Source of the DNA: Neophaeotheca triangularis
Taxonomy: Eukaryota
Reading direction: 5' to 3'
Assembly: GCA_054600435.1 (NCBI GenBank)
Contig: BAAIJX010000008.1
Span: forward strand, 248,001-312,000
Length of the DNA stretch: 64,000 nt
In this document: piece by piece, positions 1 to 12,291 of the stretch
How positions within the stretch are numbered: position 1 is the stretch's first letter
Layout of the letters: each line of letters opens with the position of its first letter
The notes under the pieces: generated by a model
Database searches by the model: none
The model's input: only the letters and a program-made list of their open reading frames with translations
Told to the model about the DNA's origin: nothing
Position numbers and translations under genes: made by a program

Positions 1-2
1 AC

Positions 3-1502
3 AACTACGCGGTTCGGGAGCTTGTCTACAGCTTGCTACTCACTTGTTTGGATGCGGTACGTCAGCACTCTCCCAATCTGTACGGTTTCGACAACGTTAG
101 CGGCGTTTCCCGGCTTCTTGGCGACGGCGACTTCGGCTCCATTGTGAAAGCGCACATCTCGAGCTTCCACGTGCTTAAGCGAATGCCTTTCTGGAAATAC
201 TACTTTGGGTTCGCCGGCCGCTTAGCAAAGCTCGGAGTGAATGAGACCGCCGTCCTCCTTGATCATGACCTGTTGAGGCAATGTTTCGATCTACTGTACA
301 CGCCATATTCCTCCTCGCTGAAGGCCGAGTACAGCGAGCTTCACAGCTATATTCAAGACAAAAGAGACAACTTGGAAGCCGTCTACGACTTTCTGGCACT
401 CATTCTAGGCTCCCACGTGAATCTTACCAATGTTAGCACCGGTGAAGTAACTCCGGACGATGAGTTGCACATCGTTGGCCCAGATGGTTGTCTTCTGCGT
501 CTGGCTGAACTCAATCCCTTGATCGAAATCCACAGCTTCTCTAAACCCTTTCGCCAGGAGATCATTCTCATTTCCAGGGGTTTGACCGCGTGCAGAGAGA
601 AGATGTATTGGCAAGATTACTCTCCCGGCAAACTGATTGGCGTCCTGACGCAACTTCACGTTGACCATGCCATACGTACTCTCATGATGCAGGGCATCGT
701 AGAACGCTACAAGAACTGGACCAACAACCTGGCACCGCTTCTGCAGTACACTCTTCACTATTGCAAAGCCAATGGGGACGATCAGAGCACTCAGATGCTG
801 CTTGTCGAGCTGTCGAAAGAGATTGTAGCCTGGCCCAGCTACGAACCAGAGATGCTCACTTTCGCCGAGAAAGCCGTCGTGCTCGCACCTTGCAGCACGT
901 TGTCGGCTTTCCAAATACTTTTGCTTGATCTCTTAAACCCCGCGAAAAGCAGAATCCCTCTCCGTCGCAGAGCAGAGAATTGGTACAAGCAGCATGTCTT
1001 CGATCCACCGACAATTAACCTTCCACCGACGGCAGCCACTGGCCCTCGTGCGGACGACGACAGTGTCGCCAGCGCTCCTCCTGTAGTAGGAACCCCATTC
1101 GACGTCAGCAGGATCCGGATTACAAGGTACCTCGTCGACAAATGCGCCACGCTGCTCACCAGCGCGCATCGCCAACGTTACGCTTCCAGAGACAAGTGGG
1201 ACCAGATGATCAACGCCATGCAAGAAGCCAAGAGCTACCTGGACCGCCTGAGCGCCGACAGGAAAACCAAACTCGTCTCGGGCGTGCAGCCATGCATGGG
1301 CCTCGTCGCAGAATCCAACGAAGCGTCGGGGACTTTGGTCAATCTCAACCGCCTTCTGGCTTCCCTGCGCAACTGGCAGCCTAACGATGACGACGAGACG
1401 CTTGCGTACGGCCTCCCTGTTGATGCTGTGTTGGAGACGGTTGAGTCGGATGATGACTCTCTTGCTTCCGACGAGACGGAGTATACTGATGAGCCCCTTT
1501 GA
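3..1502 (+). CDS. 3' part of a large protein, open from the window edge; possibly the C-terminal (DUF3517-like) region of a fungal USP34/USP24-type ubiquitin hydrolase
   Basis: Stop-free frame from nt 3 to TGA 1502; helical-looking sequence with acidic tail (ESDDDSLASDETEYTDEPL). Family call is from memory only; no catalytic motif lies in the window. Confidence 0.35.
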   Translation, partial: NYAVRELVYSLLLTCLDAVRQHSPNLYGFDNVSGVSRLLGDGDFGSIVKAHISSFHVLKRMPFWKYYFGFAGRLAKLGVNETAVLLDHDLLRQCFDLLYTPYSSSLKAEYSELHSYIQDKRDNLEAVYDFLALILGSHVNLTNVSTGEVTPDDELHIVGPDGCLLRLAELNPLIEIHSFSKPFRQEIILISRGLTACREKMYWQDYSPGKLIGVLTQLHVDHAIRTLMMQGIVERYKNWTNNLAPLLQYTLHYCKANGDDQSTQMLLVELSKEIVAWPSYEPEMLTFAEKAVVLAPCSTLSAFQILLLDLLNPAKSRIPLRRRAENWYKQHVFDPPTINLPPTAATGPRADDDSVASAPPVVGTPFDVSRIRITRYLVDKCATLLTSAHRQRYASRDKWDQMINAMQEAKSYLDRLSADRKTKLVSGVQPCMGLVAESNEASGTLVNLNRLLASLRNWQPNDDDETLAYGLPVDAVLETVESDDDSLASDETEYTDEPL

Positions 1503-2076
1503 TTGAGGATGGGGAAGAGGTGGGTTTTGAAGAACGAGTCATGCGCGACGAGTAGGGATTGATACGAAGGAATGAGGCACGAATGGATGAGGCGTTGGTG
1601 TTTCCGAGGTGACGGCGAGTGCTTCGGTGCTGTACTATTAACGCCGTCGCTTCAGGTAGTATCTTAGCATACCGCCTGAGTGTATTACTTTTTCAAGATT
1701 ACTCGGAAAGTCTTTGAGCTCGTCGAGGTGATTGCGGTCTTCTGTGAAGCTTCGAGCTTATTTAGAGTGTCAGATGTCTCGTCTGAAAAGTTCGCTGGCT
1801 TACCGGGACAATCATGTGCTGCTTGCACATTTATATCTTTCCAAACTCGAAGTACAGAACTTCTCCGAATCTTCGTAATCTACCTGGCTGACTACGATAT
1901 CGGAAATCGTAACGGTTCTGTTTTTCCAGGTCAAACACCCTTATGAGTTATAAGGAAGATTGGGATTTCGATCTGGCGGTCCAGTCAGGATTCCCATAAT
2001 CTCACAACTCCTCATTACGTCCCCACTAATCTTACACTCATTCCCCAGAAACCTCGTCTCAGCCCTTCCACAGCCA

Positions 2077-3206
2077 CTACCACTCCTGCACCTTCCCCCC
2101 CTCCCGACTCCTAACCCCATCATTGGCCCAATACCTCCCCGTCACACCCCCCAAATCCCCGAGCGCCAACCTAACCGGAATCCTGGCCCCCTCCTCCTCA
2201 CTCTTCGGCGGCCGACTCCCCACAAGCTTTCCCATGTCCGTCGCAACCCACCCAGGACAACAGCAATTAACTGCCACCCCCTTTCCCACCAACCTCTCAT
2301 CCCGCCCGTACATGGCTGTAAGCATGTTCACAAGGGCTTTGGAGATGTTGTAGGGCCTGCCGGGGGGACCGAAGCCGGCGGTTTCCGTGGTCGGCGGCGT
2401 GGAAGTTTCCGCTGCGAGGTACTCGGCTGCTAGGGCGTGGGAGTCGGCGAGGCTGGCGGAGGGGTTGCGGAAGCGGGTGGCGATGGAGCCGGAGTAGGGT
2501 TTGAGTTGTGAGGCTATGGAGGAGATGTTGACGATGCGGCCGGAGGGGGCGAGCAGGGGGGTGAAGGTTTCGCACATCTGGGGGCCGGGGGACGGGTTGT
2601 TAGGTTTTGCTGGAATGAATGGGTGGCGTGGTTTCTGGGGCTTGCCAAACGGGGAAGGGGTTGCGGAGCACCGGGGGCAAGGGGAATTGGTGGTGATGAG
2701 AATCTACGGGCACTCACCTCAAGCGTCCCCCAGTAGTTCACCTCGACAGTCCTCTTGACATTCTCTGCCGTGTGTGGACGATCTAGATTGACTCCCGCAT
2801 TGTTAATCAACACATCCACGACCCCCCTGTCCACACCCTCACCGGCTTCGCTCCGGACTCTGGCAGCAAAAGCCGCCACGCTTTCCTTGACAGAAATGTC
2901 CAATTTCGGATACAAGACTTGACGCTGCGGTTGGCCGTCACTAGGTTGCTGTTGTTGGTCTGGTGGCAGGAGAGCAAGGTTCTCGCCTGAGCGGGAGGTG
3001 GCGTAGAGTTTTAGTGAGGGTAGGCGGGGGTCTTGGAGGAGGAGGTTGCAGATTGCGCGGCCGATACCGCGGTTCTGGTGGAGGGGATTGTCAGTTGGGG
3101 TTGCGGTACAGATTGGGGTTTTATATGGCGCTGGGGTGTTGAGGTTGAGGTTTGATGGGGGGTTGCTTACGGCGCCGGTTACGATGATGGTTTTGGGGGA
3201 GGGCAT
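2077..3206 (-). CDS. Short-chain dehydrogenase/reductase, carbonyl reductase-like; 3 exons (3206-3171, 3074-2718, 2577-2077)
   Basis: Splicing out 3170-3075 (GTAAGC..CAG) restores TGANRGIG; LINNAG, IVNISS, catalytic YNISK and CCPGWVATDM are present; second intron 2717-2578 (GTGAGT..CAG). Confidence 0.9.
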
Positions 3207-3680
3207 TTTGGGGTTCTTTGCTGCGGTTTATTATAGATAGCTTGGGAATTGCTTCTGGAAGGTCTACATCATCTCATCTTATATCATCTCGTCTTCTGAG
3301 TCTGCCCGTGGTATATGTAGTTCGGCGGCCGTCGATGATGAGTTGATGTCTGGGAAGGTAAAGCGTTGCCCAGGATTGGCTGATGGCGGCTTCGCGCTAG
3401 TGGACGGACTTTCTCTTGCAGTCGTTACGAGATCCTCGCAAGATGTTGCAAGATAAGATCTCCGCAAGATAAGATAGATTTGTCTCGACTCTCGAGGCAG
3501 GGAATCTGCTCTTCTACCTAGGTACCTGCAATCTTTCTTCGAGCTCGCGGAATGTAAGTGTGATGAGATGCATTGTCTTCGGATAGATATTTACATCCTT
3601 TCGTACATAGTTTTACAGTATATTACATCTGAAACTTTCTGCAGCGCTAGAAAACAGCCCGCCAAGCCATGCTCACGTCC

Positions 3681-5498
3681 CTAAATTAAGGCACTACCCC
3701 TGAACATCCCCTCCCTAACTTCCTTGACAATGTCCTTTCGATCTTTCCTGCCCACCAACACTACACCGCGCCCTCTGCGCCCCATCCTTCCCACTCTACC
3801 CAACCTATGTATAAAGTCAATACTCGTATGCGGCACGTCATAGAGCACAACATGCTTGACCGGCAAAGTATCGATGCCCCTGGAAGCAATATCGGTCGTA
3901 ACCAAAACCTGCAGACCCGGGGAGCGGGAGCGAGTAGCAGGTGTAGTGGGAGCAGGTGTCGTCTTCCCAGCCGGGCCAGAGGGAAGAGGTTGCCCGGTAA
4001 AGGCGGCGAGAGTCTCGGCTTGCTTGCGCTCATCGACATCGCGGCTCAGGGCCGTCGCGTCAATGGACTTGCTCTGCAGGTACTTTGCCAAGTCGGTAGC
4101 TTTCTCGCGCTCGTTGACGAAGACGACGGTTTTCTTGCCGGACCCGTCTTCGCTTGCTTCTTTGCCGATATCCCAGAGGACTTGGGCGCAGGCTAGGTCG
4201 CGGTTGCCTTGATAGGGAGTTTTTTCGATGTCGACGACCGAGAGCTGGACGCGGCGGGGGATGGCGTGAAGATTTGGTGTCACAAGGCGCTGGATGGAGG
4301 GGAAGCGTTTGTGGAGGTAGGTGTCGAGGCTGCGGGGAATGGTGGCGGAGCAGAGGATTAGTTGTTCGAGGGAAGGGGAGGCGCGGTCGACGATTGCGGA
4401 TGTTATCGGGCTGAAGGATCGGTCGAGGAGGGAGTCGGCTTCGTCGATGACAAGGTGTTTGACGCGCGACAGGACGTTGGGGTCAGATTCGGTGATGCTG
4501 GAGAGGAGGTGTGGGGTTGAGATTACGATGTCGATGCCGCTGGTGCTGAAGAGGCGGTTGCGGATGACAGTTCCGGTGTAGGCGGCGGAGATGAGAGCGG
4601 AGCGGAATTTGATAGTGTGGGAGAGGGCTTTTACTAAGGCACCTACTTGAGATACTAGTTCAGAAGTCGGGAGAAGTATGATTGCTCTCGGGCGACCTGT
4701 GGACGGGGAGACATCAGTCGTTGGTGGCGAGGGAAGTTCGAGAGACGACAGCGCATCGTCCTGTGGTTGCTGAGCTGCTTTTTCCTTCTCCATCGCAGCC
4801 TCTTCGGCCTCGGCGACCTTGATAGCGTTGATGACAGGAAGGATGTAGGCAAGGGTCTTGCCCGACCCAGTCTCTGCCGCAAGTAGGAACTGCTGCATCT
4901 CTTCCTTGATTTGCTCGGGTCGTCGCCGCCGCCTTTTGCCAGGTTCGGTGCCGAGCAAAGCGGGAATAGCAAGCCGTTGTATTGGTGTGGGGGATGGGTC
5001 AACAATACCGCCCAGTGCCTGGGGTCCAACAGCAGCCTGAACGTTAGGTAGCAGGTCAAACTCAGCAAAGCTGTCCCTTGACGCAAGAGTCTCCTTGATC
5101 CTTCCGCGCTTTTCATAAGGCACTTGCGCGAGCGCCTGTTGCATCTTCAGCGCCCGCATGGGTTCCCTCTGTTTCTCGCCGTCCTTGCCTTTTGCCCCTT
5201 TCACGTGCCGCGTTTGCCGTTTCTCTTCGGCTTGTGAGACCTTGCGAGGCGGCGCGCCAACACTGCGAGGGGGTTCGACAACGTTCATGCCACCGAAAGG
5301 GCTATTGCGATTGCGCCTGTGTGGTCTGCTGTTGTCGTCCTGGGGTTTGGGGGGGCCCGATCGTACTCGAGGTGATAGGGTCATGCGCGACGGCTTGCGT
5401 TTTTGCATGGTCGATAATGATCGTGTTGCCGGCCATGATGGGCTGTACAGTGCCTTTACCTCGCAAAAGGGGCAGAGCGAGGAAGAGAGGCGAAACAT
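3681..5498 (-). CDS. MRH4: Mitochondrial DEAD-box RNA helicase
   Basis: PTPIQ Q-motif, AETGSGKT, PTSEL, DEAD, SAT, SRGID, HRLGRVGR; basic presequence-like N-terminus from ATG 5498; C-terminus MFRGSALI typical of fungal Mrh4. Confidence 0.85.
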   Translation of the reverse strand: MFRLSSSLCPFCEVKALYSPSWPATRSLSTMQKRKPSRMTLSPRVRSGPPKPQDDNSRPHRRNRNSPFGGMNVVEPPRSVGAPPRKVSQAEEKRQTRHVKGAKGKDGEKQREPMRALKMQQALAQVPYEKRGRIKETLASRDSFAEFDLLPNVQAAVGPQALGGIVDPSPTPIQRLAIPALLGTEPGKRRRRRPEQIKEEMQQFLLAAETGSGKTLAYILPVINAIKVAEAEEAAMEKEKAAQQPQDDALSSLELPSPPTTDVSPSTGRPRAIILLPTSELVSQVGALVKALSHTIKFRSALISAAYTGTVIRNRLFSTSGIDIVISTPHLLSSITESDPNVLSRVKHLVIDEADSLLDRSFSPITSAIVDRASPSLEQLILCSATIPRSLDTYLHKRFPSIQRLVTPNLHAIPRRVQLSVVDIEKTPYQGNRDLACAQVLWDIGKEASEDGSGKKTVVFVNEREKATDLAKYLQSKSIDATALSRDVDERKQAETLAAFTGQPLPSGPAGKTTPAPTTPATRSRSPGLQVLVTTDIASRGIDTLPVKHVVLYDVPHTSIDFIHRLGRVGRMGRRGRGVVLVGRKDRKDIVKEVREGMFRGSALI

Positions 5499-6098
5499 TC
5501 TATCTTGCGGCGGTGGTTTGGCGCAATAGCTACCAAAGTTGGCCTTCAATCGTCTGCCCAGGTTGTCGAGTGATACCTACCGAGCCTACATAGTATCTAC
5601 CTAGGTAAGGTACCAGATACAGAAAAAGCTGGACATAGCTCGGGGTTAAAGCTGCACAAAGCGCCGCGGGCCGCTCTCTCTCTCTCTCTCTGTCTTGGCC
5701 GATGTTCCCTAGCAACAGCCGCTCGCTTCCAACTTCTTTCCCCGCCGCCCCGCCCCGCCCCGGTCTGTGTTTGTGATGGCTTGGCGAGGCAATACAATGC
5801 AATACAATACACAATCGGCTTGTTACTACATACAGTACTGCTACCACTGTACTACCTCCACGCGCCAACCACTCACTCTACATCTCTTCTTCTTCTTCTT
5901 CTTCATCTCACATTGCTCCCGATCAGTATCCTCTGAGAGGTACTTCTACTTCATCACACTCGTTGCCCCCAGATTATGCAATAGCATTCACGCTGTCAGG
6001 TCTAGCTAGCTGAGGTACTTACCTACCTTCGCGCCGCCAACACCGCCGCGCATTCCTGCATTCCACTCCACCGTTGTCCCAGCCAGTCGCCAACGGCA

Positions 6099-9000
6099 AT
6101 GGAGGACACCTCTGTGAGTGTCGATTGATACTCCCAATTTAGTGACGAGTGTGAGAATTTCTGGCAGAACTAACAAACATGGTGCGCCAGGTTCAGCCGT
6201 TGCGCATCAGCAAAAGCGCGTCGACGTCGAGCAACTCGTCGCCCAACAAAATGCCCGCTCCCAGGCCGCTTGCCGAGATTGGCGCCTCTTCGCAGAGAAG
6301 GAACTCTCCCAGCTACAATCAAGCCACAAAGGTAAGAGGTCCCGCGCCTACTGCAAGTGACACTCACTGTACTGCCGCTGACCTCGTCTTTGTTCATCAG
6401 AAAATGATGCTCTCTACAGAGACTTCACCTTTATCGGAGAACTCCTCTCCAAACGCCTCCCCTACCAAGAAGCCTTCGCCTTCTCCACGCGCCTTCTGGG
6501 AACGCGAAAGCATGTCGCCATCGCGCTTCAACGAGAACTCCTTCGAGCGCACTCCTTCGCCCGCTTCCTTCCTCTCCCCCAAACGCCGTGCAAGTATCGA
6601 GAGGCTCCAAAGAGCTAGTCGCGTCAAGAACAGCAGCATGTACGCGCTCGAGTCGAAGGACAGCTACGACCCAGCCAATCTCCCCATTGTGGAGCGTCCT
6701 AGTGCCAATAGACCGCTCAGCATGCAGCTTGCAAACAACAGCTTCACTCGGTTCGACTCGCTTCGAAAGGAGAACAACCCCATGAGAAGTCCACAAAGAC
6801 CAGGCCACAAGCGGAGCGAGACCGAGACTAGTGTACCAGTGCTCAACTCGTTTGAGGAAGACCAGTCGTTCGAAAAGGCGCAATCAGACGAGGGAGAACC
6901 ATCGCTCGAGGGAGCGCAGACGTTTGAGGAAGCAAAGGAAGTTCCCCTTCCAGAATCACCAGAGAAGTCTCGCTCTTCGCCATCACCAACCAAGTCCGCC
7001 CTCGCACGAACAAGTCAATTCGGTATGCCACAAAGCTTCGACCCGGAAACAGGCGCCTGGTCTGACGATGAAGGTGCACCTACCCCACGCGGCATCCACC
7101 GCCATGCAAAGAGCGTCACATTCCACGCTGAGCCACCGGAGGTCAACGAATACGAAGAGCAGACCCCTGAACCCTCTGTATCCTACGCTTCAGGCTCCCG
7201 CGAGAGTAGCTGGGAGAGCGACGAATTCTACGACCAGGATATGAGCTTCGACCGCGACAGCTCCGTGGACCACAACCGCATGGATGACAGCTTCGATGCC
7301 GATCTGGAGAATGCTGCCAAGACCCCTGTGGTGCTACCTCAGGATTGGTCTAAAATGTCACCTGACAACGCAAGGGCGGATCTCGTGGACCAGGATGACG
7401 ATGTGTTTGAGGGAAGCCCCGTACCGCAACGACACGTTCTGGGCAGGAGTGAGAGCGTTACCAGTGATTCTTCTTCAAGGCCGCTTCCTCCGCTTCCCGC
7501 GTTCATGGCCGGAAAGGCTAGGAGAGAATCTGCCAGGCAGCTGGCTGCTGCTGTGGCGGCATCTGAAGGTCACGAGGAGGTTCGTCAGTCTTCGCTCAAC
7601 CTCCAATGGAAAATGGGACTTGCCGGAGAGAGGGATCGTTCCGCCTCACACGAATCTTCAAACTCTGCCAATGAAGAGTTTGTGGTCAAGAATTTGGACA
7701 CGGGAGAACGCGTGAGCATGTCTGCCGCACATGAACACAAAGCCGAGCAGGACAACAGCGTGCTGGCTGAGCTTGAGGACTTTTCCAAAGCGCCGCCGCG
7801 AATCTCCAGAGAGTCGATTTTGCGCAAGGTTAGAAACACAAAGTACGACTTCGAAGACGATGATGAGGGAGATGAGTCTGAGCTAGGTGGTCAAGGAGAC
7901 AGCCCGGCCAGGCCAACCTATGCTGAGCTTGCTCATGTTGATCCTGACGTACCCATTCCCTCTCGTGAAAACAGCCGCGATACAAGCAGTCACTACGGAG
8001 ACGACGCCGGTTATGAGAATACAGGTGACGTTGAGATCAAACCCGAACCAACGGACGATGAGGGTTTCGACATGGCTGCCATCCCTGCGGCTGTGGATGA
8101 GCAGGCTCCACAACCGCCACGCTCTCCGTCTCGCATGGGCACCGAAGACCGCGACGACTCAGTCCTCCACCATCCGGTACGCTACCAGACCGCCGAAGAA
8201 GACACGGATGGCAGTCACTACTCCTCCGTGGAGCCTGAGGGTGACCAATCAATGCTCCACTATCAGCAAGAGCACGTTGAGGAAGATGGCAAGGAAACCC
8301 TGCAAGATGCCATGCAACTTTTGACCGTGAAGGACTACTCTGAGCCCACCCCTCCTCCCGCGGAATCTAAGGAGCAGCTGGCAAACCAGGCCGTCAATGG
8401 GTTCACAGGCCTTCCTGCGTATCTCAGCACTGGCGACTATGATCTTGGTATGGACAAGTACATTACACCGTCCCCTCCGCCGTTTAATGAGCCACTAAAC
8501 GAGGAGACAAAGATTGTCGATGCCCAGGACGTCATTCAAGCACCTCCGCTTGGTCCTCCGGCAGAGCTAGCAGACGTATTGGCATTGCCCAGACCAGAAG
8601 AGGCTGGCAAAGAAGCATCACCACCTGGTACTCCGGACTCCGTCATACACCACTCTCGCGAAGATAACGAAGATGTCGAGGAGGAGCCACTTGATACGTA
8701 CGAGGACTACGAGCCCGATGAGCCTGTCCCCGTTCGTCAGCCAAGTCCTCCCGCAATACCGGAGCGTCGATCCACCATCAAGACAGGCGGTAAGCTCAAG
8801 TCTAGAGCGTCTGGTACACCTTACGATCTCGAAATTATGCGCGAGCAGCGTCGGATGGTCAGCGAAGAACACGAAGTTCCTCCCGTCCCTGACTTCTACC
8901 GCGCTGATGTCGAGACAGCCGAGTCTGAAGCAGATGAACAGTCACTCCACTCGTCTGAGGGTGAGGAAGAGGCAGCTAAAGCTGATTCTCTGGTCGACCA

Positions 9001-11404
9001 AGCTAGCATACCTACCAGCTCAGACTCTGGGAAGGCCAAGAAGCTTTCATTAGGCTTCAACATCCCCTCGCTAGCACCCAGCGAAGGCGAGGGCCTAGGG
9101 TTGGATCTGGAACAGGAGTTTGATCGGGTTGCAGAAAGCCAAAAGGTGGGCGATTACGATCTTCCTCCTCCCTCTTCCGACTCCCAAACCACCAAGCAGA
9201 CTGCAAGTAAACCCTCGCGTGCTTATTCTCAGGGCCCTACCCCTTACAGCCCTCACTCCGCCACCACTAATACTAACCATACTATCCGTTCACAGAAAGG
9301 ATATCTCATGCGCCAGAACACCAAGCTCGTTGTCGCCACCAACCGCAACTTCTCGAACCAGTCGCAAGGTTCCGGTAATGAGAATCCGATGTCGCCCACG
9401 GGAGAGTCTCGTCGTCGCTCTAAGCGAGAAAGCGGCGCCTGGCGCAGACCGTCTGGCGAACAGTATCTGAAGACCGAGCCTTGGAACGGTAAGAGCCGTC
9501 GCAGGAGCGTTCGCAACTCCAGCGCTCAGAAGAGTGCTGTTGAGAAAGAGCCTGCGCCCCCGCTTCCTGGTCAAGAGAGCGCTCTTGGGGTGGTAGAGGA
9601 GGACTTTGCCACTGGTCCCCCTGCGGAAGACATCAACGGTGAGGGCGTCGAGCGCGGTAGGCTCTTTGTCAAGGTTGTTGGTGTCAAGGATCTCGACCTT
9701 CCGATGCCAAAGAACGACCGCGTCTACTTCCAGCTTACCCTCGACAATGGCCTCCACTGCGTTACTACCAGTTCCCTGGAGCTCGGGAAGACTGCGCCCA
9801 TTGGACAAGAGTTCGAGCTCGTCGTTTTGAACGACCTCGAGTTCCAACTCACACTCACCACTAAACTTCCGCCTCCGCCGGCCGCTCCGATGCCTGCGCC
9901 ACCTTCACCAACCAAGTCTATCAGGCCTCAGAAGGCAACAGGGCTTTCCCGCTTCCTTACCTCTCCGAAGAAGCGCGCAGAGAAGGAGCGTCTCGAACGT
10001 GAAGCCTTCGAGGCGGAGCAGCTTGCAGCCCAGCGCGAAGCTGAGCGCAGGCAGCAAGCTCAAGTGAAGCCAAACGCCTGGACGCTGCTGCACGATCTTG
10101 TCGACAACAGCTCGGGATCTTTTGCCCGCGCGTACATCAATTTGTCGGCACACGAGGAGTCCTGCTTCGGCCGCCCACTGACCGTGGATGTACCCTGCTA
10201 CAACGAGTGGGCTGCGGAGAAGAACGCCAATGTCGTCAACTCGGTTCGTTCCAAGCGCGGAGGCAGAGCTGGCGGCGAAGTACGCAAGCCACCTTACGTT
10301 GTCGGCAAGTTGGAGTTGCAGTTGCTCTACGTCCCCAAGCCCAAGGGCGCAGGCGACGAGGAGATGCCCAAGTCTCTCTCTTCGGCTGTCCGCGAAATGG
10401 GCCGTGCAAGCGACCGCAAGGAAGTCATCTTCGAAGGCTGCCTGTCCCAACAAGGAGGCGATTGCACGCACTGGCGCCGCCGCTTCTTCCGCCTACAAGG
10501 CCCCAAATTGACAGCCTATCACGAGCACACGCATCAAAAGCGGGCCGTTATCAACCTGAGCAAAGCCAGCCGAGTCGTCGATGACAAGCGAACTCTCGTC
10601 GCGGATCCCAACAATGCCAATCCTGCTTCAGGCAAAGGCCGCCGCAAGAGTGCCTTCGCGGAAGAGGACGAAGGCTACCAGTACGTGGAAGAGGGGTTCC
10701 GCATCCGCTTCGCCAACGGTGAAACCATCGACTTCTACGCAGACGGTCGTCAACAAAAGGAGGAGTGGCTCGAAGTTCTAGGCCAAGTCATCGGCAAGCC
10801 CGACCCAGGCAAGGTCAAAACCGGCTGGACCGACCTCGTCCTTGCTCACGAGCGCGAGACCGGACGCCCTGCCCCACAGCAGCAGCACGAACTCCCGCCA
10901 GCGACCCCCACTGAGCCCGCCGCTCCTGTCCTCGAAGAGCGAACCGCGCCCGAAGCCCGCGACTTCACGGAGCCCGCGGCAGCACCAAGCCGCATCTCCA
11001 CCAGCACGCGCAGCCAACGTAGCCAGCAAACCCACCACAGCCAGGACTCATCGGACGCCTACCTCCCTCCCCCACGACCCGAGCAACGCAACTATCGCGA
11101 GGGCTCCAAATCCGCACCTACTTCTCCTCTGAAGTCTCAGCGCCTGACCGGCCAAGGTTTCCCACCCATGGCGCCGCCGCCGCCGAGGCGCGAGGCCCCT
11201 GGTTATTCCCCCACGAAGCAGCAGGCGGGTTCGGCGTCTTCGCGCTCGACGGCGGGGAGTGGTAAAGATAAGAAGTTGCCGGATCGGCCGCATAGCCAGG
11301 CTGGGGTCTTGGGTGAGGGGGACAGGAAGGGAGCGGGGACGCCGCAGATGGGGGTCAGGAGGGGCCATAGGGCGAGAGATGCTGTGAGGAGTATGATTTT
11401 TTAG
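6099..11404 (+). CDS. BUD4: Anillin-like bud-site selection/septation protein (anillin-homology/DUF1709 + PH domain); introns 6114-6190, 6332-6400, 9146-9295
   Basis: ATG 6099 (MEDTS) spliced to VQPLRISK; KGYLMRQNTK, RLFVKVVGVKDLDLP, TLDNGLHCV, and PH domain EGCLSQQGGDC..WRRRFF; introns carry GT, CTRAC branch and YAG signals. Confidence 0.88.
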
Positions 11405-12291
11405 AAGGCTTGAGGAGGGGCGATTGGCCGTTTTCGTAGCTCTTTTTGTTTGGGGCTTGTTCTGGGTCTCGGGATGATGGGAGGGTGGTGGATTGGGGGT
11501 GTACAGCTGTGATTTCAGGTGGCGTTTTTCAATGTTGCAATGGGTTGGGCGTGGGTTTTATCTTTGTCTAATGAGGCTATGGGTTGTTTTGATTTTTCCT
11601 TTGGAACGGTGCAGTTGAGACGAGAGGTCGTATACATACTCGTTTACTTGTTCAAACGTTACAGTCCCTCCAGTCTTCTCAGTCTTCCCAATCGGTAGTG
11701 TTCAACACAATGTGCGGGCTACAGTATACGCTCCACTTCAGGCAGAATTGAATAGCGTAATTGGAAGCGCGACGGTAGACATCCTCGAATTCTCAGAACA
11801 CGTCTTGCTCTTACATCACTACGAACCATCTTCTAATCCATCGAAACTGTCCACAAGAATGTCAGCAACTCAAACCCGAACCCTTATCTTTTCTTCGCTC
11901 GCTCATTGGTCCTTCGAAAGAAACGCTAACATGGGGCTGGATTTTGGTATCGCGGCGCCGAAACGCCAATATCCCGGCGAGACCACTGATCTGGCGGCCA
12001 TCGAGTCTTCAATCGAGGTGGCGTAACGGCTGCGAAGTGCTCTTTCAACTTGCGAGGGGGCCGCCCGGATGTGAGAAAACGTCCCTGAGCTAGCGCGATG
12101 TTCGTAGGTGCGATCTGATAAGATAGTCAAGTAGGAGCTAGGCAAGATAGCCCGACACTAGCGTGACAGGCAATAGGCGAATCATCGCGCTTGCGCGTCA
12201 CGTTCTTTGGACTTCCTCAAAGTCGATGTAGCATCGCTGATGAGACTCCAGAAGCGACCACCGCCCAGCACACCGTCCAGCAACCGCTTAG

